Positions 30,437 through 37,583 of a stretch of DNA of 37,583 nucleotides are shown one piece after another. This DNA comes from Gemmatimonadota bacterium (GTDB lineage Bacteria; Gemmatimonadota; Gemmatimonadetes; Gemmatimonadales; GWC2-71-9). The DNA is taken from NCBI GenBank assembly GCA_036679605.1, contig JAZDCZ010000418.1:1-37583 (forward strand), given 5' to 3'. The notes under the pieces were generated by a model. The model had not been told where the DNA came from. It saw only the letters and a list, made by a program, of their open reading frames with translations, and ran no database searches. Position numbers and translations under genes: made by a program. The stretch's first letter is position 1. Every line of letters starts with the position of its first letter.

Positions 30437-31792
30437 ATGTATCCTGCCCACGACAACCCGCCGTCCGCGGCTGCCCGGCGCATCATTCGCGAATACTTTT
30501 TCCTCGCCGGCCTCTATACCCTCTCCGCTGCCCTCATCTGGGGGGTCAATACCCTCTTCCTGCTCGATGCTGGGCTCAACATCTTGGAAGTGTTCATCGC
30601 CAACGCCGCATTCACCGGTGGTATGGTTGTGTTCGAGATTCCAACCGGGGTGCTGGCCGATACCAGGGGACGGAGGGTTTCGTTTCTCTTGAGCGTGGCC
30701 ATCTTGGGCGTGACCACCGTGGCGTACGTAATGGTGGCCTACCTCGACGGCGGGCTGGTCCCGTTTATCCTCGTATCGATAGTCATGGGGCTGGGATTCA
30801 CCTTCTATTCCGGCGCGGTCGAAGCGTGGTTGGTCGATGCGCTGCGCGCGGCCGCGTTCAAGGGACCTCTGGACTCCATCTTTGCGCGGGGTTCGATGAT
30901 CACCGGAGCCGCCATGCTGGTAGGCACCGTGAGCGGTGGCCTGCTCGGCACCGTCGACCTGGCATTACCGTACCTTGTACGGGCCGCCATGCTCATCGCC
31001 GTCTTCGCGGCGGCCTACATCGGCATGCACGATCTGGGTTTTGTTCCACGCACCATGCAGCTTCGGAACCTCCATCGGGAGATGATGCACGTGGGCCGGG
31101 AGAGTATCGCGTATGGATGGCAAGCCCCCTCCATGCGCCTCCTGATACTCGTCTCGTTGTTTCACCTCGGGTTCTTGAACTGGGCCTGGCACGCCTGGCA
31201 GCCGTATTTCCTTGACCTCCTTGGCCGCGACGCGGTCTGGGTCGCCGGCCTGATCGCTGCCCTCATTTCGCTGTCGATGATTGCCGGCAATGCCATGGTG
31301 GAATGGATCGGGCGGTTCTGTGGCCGGCGGACAACCTTGTTCGTAGGTGGGTCGGTGGCGCTTACCGCTGGGGCCGTTGGTGTCGGCCTCGTAGGGTCGT
31401 TCTGGTGGGCAGTTGGTCTCTTTCTCGTGGTGACCTTCGCCATGGGAGTCATGGGGCCAGCGAAGCAAGCGTACATGCACGAGATCATTCCGTCCGAGCA
31501 GCGCGCCACTGTGGTCTCTTTCAATTCGCTGTTCGGTAACGCTGGCGGGGTCGGAAGTCAGGCTGGACTTGGGTATCTTGCCCGGGTCCGCTCCCTGGCG
31601 GACGGCTACGTGGTCGGCGGCCTGGCGACACTCGCCGTTCTGCCGCTATTGCTGCTGCTTCGCGCTCGCAACGATCGAGCTGACTTCATCGTTGGCCGCG
31701 AGTGCGGCACCCAATCACCCAGCGCCGGCCAGGGTCTCCCCGAAGCCGGATTCGTCGACGCGGTCAAGCGACAACCTTGGCCTAGGAGTTGA
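30437..31792 (+). CDS. MFS transporter
   Basis: About 12 hydrophobic segments; FEIPTGVLADTRGRR, FYSGAVEAW. Confidence 0.92.
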   Translation: MYPAHDNPPSAAARRIIREYFFLAGLYTLSAALIWGVNTLFLLDAGLNILEVFIANAAFTGGMVVFEIPTGVLADTRGRRVSFLLSVAILGVTTVAYVMVAYLDGGLVPFILVSIVMGLGFTFYSGAVEAWLVDALRAAAFKGPLDSIFARGSMITGAAMLVGTVSGGLLGTVDLALPYLVRAAMLIAVFAAAYIGMHDLGFVPRTMQLRNLHREMMHVGRESIAYGWQAPSMRLLILVSLFHLGFLNWAWHAWQPYFLDLLGRDAVWVAGLIAALISLSMIAGNAMVEWIGRFCGRRTTLFVGGSVALTAGAVGVGLVGSFWWAVGLFLVVTFAMGVMGPAKQAYMHEIIPSEQRATVVSFNSLFGNAGGVGSQAGLGYLARVRSLADGYVVGGLATLAVLPLLLLLRARNDRADFIVGRECGTQSPSAGQGLPEAGFVDAVKRQPWPRS

Positions 31793-32031
31793 CGGCGAAG
31801 GCGGGGAACCAATCTCGACCGTGCCTAAGTTGTGTCCGACCCTCGCACCACTATACAACAGGTATCAAACCCCGAGCCATATCCTTCTGGAAGTGCTTCA
31901 GCAATCGTGCGCAGCAGTTCCTGAAGGTTCATTCGCGATCGATGACGCGACGCCACGATTTCTATTTGCGAGTGCGCCAGACGCGATTCGATGCCCAGAG
32001 ACGCGAGTGGCGGGGTAGGGTGGCGTGGGTG

Positions 32032-32319
32032 TCAACCCATGACCTTTGGCTCCGGAGGACTATAGTTGCGTCGCTCCGCCGACTCCTCCCAGCGGCGAAG
32101 GTCGCCGCAGGAGGCAAAGCGAACGACCAACACGTACTCCGTGCTCGACTCCCCGCCAGGGTGCAGCACGGTCACACCTTCGCGGCCAGGAAAGCGACCC
32201 ACCTCCTCGGTAATGCCGGTGATCCAGTTCTCGAAGTCGTCCCGTCGATCGGGACGGACTTGATGGGTGATTACCCAGGTTACCGATTCGTCGTCCGGGG
32301 CGTCGAAATCTTCGCTCAT
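32032..32319 (-). CDS. ABM-domain protein, probably C-terminally truncated
   Basis: VTWVITHQVRP...FENW...FPGREG...VVRF...WEESAER. Confidence 0.65.
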   Translation of the reverse strand: MSEDFDAPDDESVTWVITHQVRPDRRDDFENWITGITEEVGRFPGREGVTVLHPGGESSTEYVLVVRFASCGDLRRWEESAERRNYSPPEPKVMG

Positions 32320-32330
32320 GGATCCTCCTA

Positions 32331-32459
32331 GTGCTGTGACCGATTCTGGCAGCTGCCCCTGGTCCCGAACGATTCCTCCGTGAGACTGAGGTTGCTGCCC
32401 AGCTCCATCATCCGCATATCCTGCCGCTTCATGACTCCGGTGAGACGGACGGTTTCCTC
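32331..32459 (+). pseudogene. Ser/Thr protein kinase fragment (subdomains II-IV)
   Basis: VL*PILAAAPGPERFLRETEVAAQLHHPHILPLHDSGETDGFL. Confidence 0.75.
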
Positions 32460-32493
32460 AATCCCTTGCGAAAGAGTCGAATCAGCCTGGCTG

Positions 32494-32895
32494 TCACAGG
32501 GGGAGCCCGTGGCCTCCAACTGGCTCCGTCACGGTGCGGTGGGAGAATCCTGCGATCAACGACCGACCTCGAGCAATCGCGTCTCGAACCTGGGGCAGCG
32601 AGAGTGACGCCTCATGGCTGACCTGAGTGTCCCAAACCTCGGTGATCCAAATGGCGTTCGGTTCTGTCTGATCCTTCGCCACGATGTAGCTCAAGCATCC
32701 AGGCATATTCGCTGCTCCCTCCACCAATATGGAGATCAGCGCATCTCTTTGTTCGGGTATGGCCTCCATCTTACTGATCAATCCGTACATCCTTTTTTCT
32801 CCGTTCATTATGGTCCGATTTCCCGGGATCACCGCGAGTGCCGCTGCCACCCCCGCGGCAACAAACTCTCTTCTAGTGTTGTTTATTCTGGCCAC
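32494..32895 (-). CDS. Putative quinol monooxygenase (ABM family), Tat-like leader
   Basis: TRREFV; MYGLISK...MPGCLSY...ITEVW...HEASL. Confidence 0.85.
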   Translation of the reverse strand: MARINNTRREFVAAGVAAALAVIPGNRTIMNGEKRMYGLISKMEAIPEQRDALISILVEGAANMPGCLSYIVAKDQTEPNAIWITEVWDTQVSHEASLSLPQVRDAIARGRSLIAGFSHRTVTEPVGGHGLPL

Positions 32896-32942
32896 CTAAC
32901 ATCTTAAAGCATCAGCGGCGGGCGACCACCCGCGGCGCCGTG

Positions 32943-33025
32943 TCACCGTCACCCTTCGTCGACGCAAGGCGTGGGCACCTCGCTGCGCTCTTGTTCCAGT
33001 GACGGGTAGTCAATGTAGCCCTTCG
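32943..33025 (-). pseudogene. Diverged copy of the OYE gene 3' end
   Basis: 83 bp homologous to 33746-33828 (KGYIDYPSLEQERSEVPTPCVDEG*). Confidence 0.8.
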
Positions 33026-33094
33026 AGTCCTTTGTCCTCTACAACCAGCGACAGCCCGTCGGTGGTGCCTCAGGTCTGATCAGGTGTTCCGCGG

Positions 33095-33616
33095 TTACAG
33101 TGACTGTTCCTCCGAGTACACCCAATCGGGACGGCGGGACATGAGGGCCCGCAGGTCCATGCGGATCTCCTCGGCTGTGGGACGGCCGACGAACCACCAG
33201 CCGTTGTAGACCTTATGGGTGGTTCGATCCCGATCCAGGATGAACGTGTAGGGGATGTACACCTCCCCGTGCGCCTTGTCAGTCGTATCCGTCATCTGCA
33301 GCTCGTGGAGCAGTCGGCGGTCGGGGTCCATGAGGAACGGCCAGTCAGCGGCGAGAGCAGTGCGCGTCTCGGTGGTGTTCATGCGGTCATCGACCGAGAC
33401 GGTGATCATTTTGCAATAATTGACCCGAAATTCCGCCTGCAGTTCGTTCACGTAGGTCGTCAACTGACGACGATCCTTGGGTCAGTAATATCCGCGGCTG
33501 AAAATCAGGACGGTAGGGAAGCCACGAATCAATTTGGACAACTTCTGCGATTTGTCATCTTGATCTGGGAGTTCGAAGTCGGGAAACTTGTTTCCCACCT
33601 TCAAGTCTGGGTGCAT
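33095..33616 (-). CDS. Peroxiredoxin/AhpC-TSA-like redoxin, probable selenoprotein (173 aa)
   Basis: MHPDLKVGNKFPDFELPDQ...LIFSRGYY-TGA-PKDRRQL continues in frame into the 33095-33463 ORF; SECIS-like hairpin follows. Confidence 0.82.
33456..33471 (-). promoter_or_regulatory. Candidate bacterial SECIS element
   Basis: GUCGUC-AGUU-GACGAC; loop begins 16 nt after the UGA. Confidence 0.65.
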
Positions 33617-33745
33617 CGGATAATCCATGTCTCCTCGCCCGTTTCCGCGCCAAAGCGCATCAAGTAGTCCTCCACGAATCTGCCAGCACCGAAATTTGAG
33701 CCCAGCCTGCCCCAGTGAGCCCTCGGCGTAGCGTGCGGCGCCATC

Positions 33746-34684
33746 TCACCGCCAGCCTTCGTCGACGCAAGGCAGGGGCACCTCGCCACGCTCTTGTTCG
33801 AGCGACGGGTAATCAGTGTAGCCCTTCGCACCGCCGCCGTAGTAGGTCGTCGCATCATCAGCGTTTAGGTCAGCACCAAGTCGGAAGCGCTGTGGTAGGT
33901 CAGGATTCGCGAGAAATTTCCGCCCAAATACAAGCAAATCCGCTTTGCCGTCGACTATCCATTTCTCTGCCTCGTCACGATCAAACCCACCGGCTACGAT
34001 CAGCGTACCTTCGTACTTGTCGCGGATCAATTGCATCATCGATTGAGCTTCGGGATCGTCCCAGGATCCGTTTTCGCTTTCGGGGATGCGTGGCCTTACA
34101 ACGTGGAGATAGGCGAGGTCATAGTCGTTGAGCCTCTCAACGACGTAGCCAAACGTGGCCTCCGGATCATCATCGGCCATGTCGTTAAAGGCGCCGATGG
34201 GTGAGAGGCGGACGCCGACACGGTCGGAATCCCAGATCTCGTTCACGGCTTCGACGACCTGCAGCAGGAGCTTCACGCGATTCTCCACCGAGCCTCCATA
34301 TTCGTCGGTGCGACGGTTACTCGCTGTCTGGAGGAACTGGTCGAGGAGGTACCCGTTTGCTGCGTGGACCTCCACGCCGTCGAAACCGGCGGCAAGGGCG
34401 TTTTTCGCTCCGCGCACGAACTGCTGGACAAGGTACGGCATCTCCTCAAGTTGTAGGGCACGCGGCGTCACAAAGGGCGCGAACGCAGCTTCGCCGTGTT
34501 CGTTCTCGATGAACGCCTCCCCGAAAGGCGTTATCGGCGATGGCGCCACCGGAGGCATACCATCGGGCTGCAACGAAGGGTGAGAAATCCGCCCAACGTG
34601 CCAGAGCTGTAAGAAGATCCGGCCGCCAGCTTCGTGTACCGCATCCGTAACCAACCGCCATCCCCGGGCATGTTGTGGTGTCAA
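33746..34684 (-). pseudogene. Old yellow enzyme/NemA-like alkene reductase, 5' truncated
   Basis: LQLWHVGR, GFDGVEVHAANGYL, RTDEYGGS, GYTDYP; N-terminal MAPLTR region missing; break coincides with the att repeat. Confidence 0.85.
34662..34680 (+). repeat. att-like direct repeat of 9271-9289
   Basis: CCCCGGGCATGTTGTGGTG, 19/19 identical. Confidence 0.85.
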
Positions 34685-34730
34685 CTACGTGGGGTCATCG
34701 GTGCTTACTCAACGCCGGACAGACCCAGTG

Positions 34731-35078
34731 CTATGCAATAGCCTTGTCCAGTTGGTCACCGTCCACCAGGCCATGGGTGCCAAGTTTATCGATTCGCACT
34801 GATCCACTTGAGAACGTAGCCACGACTTCGAGTTCTCCCCCCATAGCTTCTACATATCTGCGAAGCGTGCTGATGAACATGTCGGGTCGATGCTCTATTT
34901 TGGAAATGGCACTCTGGTTGACGCCCATAGACTCGGCCATCTGTTCCTGGGAGAATTCGAGGGCTTGTCTCAACTGATAAAGCGGCATTTCCGCAAGGAG
35001 TTCTTTGGCACGCTGGTCTATGCGATCGCGGCTCTTTTGTGGCATCTTGTCTAGTAGTTCACTGAACTTCCTAGTCAT
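34731..35078 (-). CDS. XRE-family HTH antitoxin (HigA-like)
   Basis: MTRKFSEL...LYQLRQAL..SQEQMA..MGVNQSAISKIE..DMFISTLRRYVEAMGG. Confidence 0.9.
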   Translation of the reverse strand: MTRKFSELLDKMPQKSRDRIDQRAKELLAEMPLYQLRQALEFSQEQMAESMGVNQSAISKIEHRPDMFISTLRRYVEAMGGELEVVATFSSGSVRIDKLGTHGLVDGDQLDKAIA

Positions 35079-35433
35079 TGTCTGCCTCCAATTCTCTAAG
35101 GTGTTCGTCGTATAGTCTGTCGGCTGCGGGTACGTGTTCTTCATACCACCTGTCGTCGCCCGTCTTATCTCCACCAAACAACAGAATAGCGGTCCGTTCG
35201 GGGTCAAACGCGTACAGAACCCTGTATGGACGGCCCTGATGCTGGATTCTCAACTCCCTCATGTGCGAAAACCGCGACCCACCGATGCGGCTGCTGTACG
35301 GGTAAGGCAGGTGCGGCCCCATCTTCTCCAATAGCTTCACCACCGTTCCCACGGACTCTTGTTCGGGGATATCCAGGCCGTCCCACCATGCGCCAAGTTC
35401 GTCCGTGTATTCTATAAGTCGCGCCCCGGGCAT
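35071..35433 (-). CDS. RelE/ParE-family (Gp49/HigB-like) toxin
   Basis: EYTDELGAWW...GPHLPYPYS...MRELR...RVLYAFDPERTAILLFGGDK; start uncertain. Confidence 0.88.
   Translation of the reverse strand: MPGARLIEYTDELGAWWDGLDIPEQESVGTVVKLLEKMGPHLPYPYSSRIGGSRFSHMRELRIQHQGRPYRVLYAFDPERTAILLFGGDKTGDDRWYEEHVPAADRLYDEHLRELEADND
35417..35433 (+). repeat. attR-like copy of the tRNA-Leu 3' end
   Basis: AGTCGCGCCCCGGGCAT, 17/17 to 9264-9280; followed by hairpin TCGAAGG-N5-CCTTCGA (35441-35459). Confidence 0.8.
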
Positions 35434-35498
35434 CGGAATATCGAAGGGAACGCCTTCGAGATTCGACATTCCTTGCTGGATATTCCAATATTTGTAGT

Positions 35499-35558
35499 GC
35501 CATCCCCGAAATCACCTCCGGGCCCTCGACGGCCCTCGCCGACCGCTACACCATCGAG
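35499..35558 (+). pseudogene. N-terminal scrap of a Ser/Thr kinase gene
   Basis: IPEITSGPSTALADRYTIE resembles the ALADRYxIERELG kinase start. Confidence 0.45.
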
Positions 35559-35692
35559 GGCAAGCGCGATAGCGTCGATCAAGTGCTCGGTGTATGCTCA
35601 ACCAAGTGTCCGGTTGCGCGCTCGATTGGCGGCAGCGTCTCCATCTCCAGCTCGGTGGAGTAAGTCTAACAACAGAAACCCGGAGCAGTAGA

Positions 35693-36241
35693 ATGTCCGA
35701 ACCGAATCTTGAAGCACTACTTCTGTCAGTGGCTAACTTGGTGACCGCATGGGTGCTCAAAGTGCTTGGTGCCTTGGTGCTCCTGTGGCTTGGGCGCTTG
35801 GCTGCGAAAGCGACGCGGAAGGTGATTGTGCGAGTCATGGAGCGCGGCAAAGCCGATGCGACGCTCACGCCCTTCATTGCCAGCCTGGGGTACTACCTCG
35901 TTCTCGCGTTCGTTGTCATCGCCGTGTTGGGCATGGTCGGTGTGCAAACCGCCTCGATGGTGGCCGTACTCGGCGCGGCCGGATTGGCGGTCGGTTTGGC
36001 GTTGCAAGGTACCCTCTCGAATTTCGCTGCCGGCGTCATGCTCTTGGCATTTCGGCCGTTCCGTGTCGGTGAGTATATCGAGGCCGGCGGTTCGGCCGGG
36101 ACAGTTCAGAGTATCGGTCTCTTTGCGACCATGCTCAGCGCGGCGGACAACGTCCGGATCGTGATACCTAACTCGGCAATCTACCGCGGGGCCATCAAAA
36201 ACTATGCGGCGAACGGTCCAAGCGGTCTTGGCCGAGGATGA
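35693..36241 (+). CDS. mscS: MscS-family mechanosensitive channel, C-terminally truncated
   Basis: GAAGLAVGLALQGTLSNFAAG, RPFRVGE, IPNS; ends before the C-terminal domain. Confidence 0.82.
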   Translation: MSEPNLEALLLSVANLVTAWVLKVLGALVLLWLGRLAAKATRKVIVRVMERGKADATLTPFIASLGYYLVLAFVVIAVLGMVGVQTASMVAVLGAAGLAVGLALQGTLSNFAAGVMLLAFRPFRVGEYIEAGGSAGTVQSIGLFATMLSAADNVRIVIPNSAIYRGAIKNYAANGPSGLGRG

Positions 36242-36267
36242 CCGCGTGCTCAGGAAGCATTCCGCCC

Positions 36268-36453
36268 TCAGCGTGTCTTCACATACGCGGTGTATCCGCA
36301 CACGCAGGATTCCGTCGTCCGGCCATCGCGGTCGGTGCCGAACTGCAAACGCTTGTCGCATGTCGGACAGCGTGGCGGACCGCCGTCCGACACCATCCCG
36401 GCGCGTTTCAGTTTCAGCCGCGAGCTGTTCACTTGTCTCCGTGGGTGATCCAC
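36268..36453 (-). CDS. Small zinc-ribbon-like protein
   Basis: CPTC...CVCG, directly downstream of the XRE gene; start uncertain. Confidence 0.5.
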   Translation of the reverse strand: MDHPRRQVNSSRLKLKRAGMVSDGGPPRCPTCDKRLQFGTDRDGRTTESCVCGYTAYVKTR

Positions 36454-36472
36454 CCAAATCGTTTCACTTTAC

Positions 36473-37342
36473 TCATGGCGCTCTCTCCGTATTGCGAAAA
36501 TGCAACGGGTCCCGCAGGTTCTGTAACTCGCGGTAATAGTAGAGCGGCGTTGGCCGCCTGTCCTGAAACGTGAGCCCCTTCAGAAAGTCAACTTCCTCCG
36601 CAGTCGCCGTGCCGCTGAGTTCGGGATCCTGAAGGAATTCCTCGAGCCCGGGTTCTTCGGCGACAAGCCGCGGCGATTCCACCTCCACAAACTCAAACCT
36701 CTTCAGGTTCCCCGAGAACAGTTTGTCGGTCAGAACGATGTCCAGCGCAAACGTCACCAGGTCGAGATCCCAGGAATCAATCAGCGGATCCAGAAACGAG
36801 ACGCAGTTCTCATTGGACAAATGGAAAATGTCCGTATCGAGGAACTCGAGCACGATGACACGCATCTCTTCGTAGCTTCGACCACCGAGTTCGGCGATCG
36901 ACCGGAGCCAGGATTCATTCTCCAATTCCTGTTGCGCCAGTTCCTTGACCACGTCCAACAGCTTCTGCGTGACCAGGCGTTCGAGTTCGCCAAAGGGCTG
37001 CTTCTCGACGGCTGCGCGGATGTGTCTTTGCTTACGGAGATTGCACTTGCGGAGGACCAGCTCACGAACTTCCCGAAACAGTGGTGCTGGCTCGTCCCCC
37101 AGTTCTCTCTTCAGCTGCTCCTTGCGCTGGTGATCCGCCAGCGTCGCGAGTTCTCCGCTGGGAAGCTTCAGGAACTTGTCCATCTTTTCGTAGATGTCGG
37201 TGCGGTTCGGCGCGGGAGGCATTCGCTTTCCGGTGAGCAACTGGGAGATGTAAGAGTCGGTCACTTGCGCGGCTTGGGCGAGTTCGCGCTGCTCCAGTCC
37301 GAATTCCTCCAGCCGACGTCTAATCACGAGCGATACATCCAC
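36473..37342 (-). CDS. XRE-family HTH regulator with long C-terminal domain
   Basis: LEQRELAQAAQVTDSYISQLLTGKR. Confidence 0.85.
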   Translation of the reverse strand: MDVSLVIRRRLEEFGLEQRELAQAAQVTDSYISQLLTGKRMPPAPNRTDIYEKMDKFLKLPSGELATLADHQRKEQLKRELGDEPAPLFREVRELVLRKCNLRKQRHIRAAVEKQPFGELERLVTQKLLDVVKELAQQELENESWLRSIAELGGRSYEEMRVIVLEFLDTDIFHLSNENCVSFLDPLIDSWDLDLVTFALDIVLTDKLFSGNLKRFEFVEVESPRLVAEEPGLEEFLQDPELSGTATAEEVDFLKGLTFQDRRPTPLYYYRELQNLRDPLHFRNTERAP

Positions 37343-37420
37343 AGCCTTCTCCTCTCACAAGTTCCGTAGTTAACAGCCGTAAGTTAATCGCAGCTTCCAC
37401 AAGCTTAACAATGAATGTTT

Positions 37421-37453
37421 TACTTGACAAGTATAGTACAATCAGGGTATTCT
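37421..37453 (+). promoter_or_regulatory. Candidate sigma70 promoter with palindrome over the -35
   Basis: TACTTG-A-CAAGTA contains TTGACA; TATTCT 18 nt later; AGGAG and ATG (37579) at the window end. Confidence 0.5.
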
Positions 37454-37583
37454 TGGACGTGGTAAACAAATTGTGTTAATCCCATAATTTACCGTAACGG
37501 GCGCTCCACAGACCGAAGCGGCACTGCCACTCCCAATCCCAGAACAGAAGACCTGACCCACTTATAGGAGTAGACAACATGCG

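Noticed and set aside
30331..31215. 294-aa ORF overlapping the MFS gene, and similar long antisense ORFs in hsdM/S/R
   Set aside because: GC-rich shadow frames without recognisable motifs
37579..37583. Gene starting at the window end
   Set aside because: Only an RBS and ATG are visible; no product can be supported

Overview
Bacterial window, probably Gemmatimonadota (inferred from gene types). Bases 1-9.2 kb look like host genes: PadR with two MacB/FtsX-type permeases, SRPBCC, a repeat lipoprotein and a YiiX-like hydrolase. tRNA-Leu(TAA) at 9196-9279 is followed by a ~26 kb integrative island; copies of the tRNA 3' end recur at 34662-34680 and 35417-35433. The island has three parts: (i) an integrase/excisionase module with decayed duplicated element DNA and a tRNA-Gln remnant; (ii) a defence block; (iii) a sigma54-linked redox cluster, including a probable selenoprotein missed by the ORF track, plus a RelE/XRE toxin-antitoxin pair. 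The main candidate novel system is an operon mrr-hsdM-HEPN-[MNT::HsdS fusion]-HEPN-like-hsdR, translationally coupled from hsdM to hsdR. In it the antitoxin nucleotidyltransferase of a HepT/MntA-type pair is fused to the type I R-M specificity subunit, and a second RX4H protein sits in the PrrC position. This suggests RNase toxins that guard the R-M complex. All family calls come from motif recognition by eye; no searches were run.
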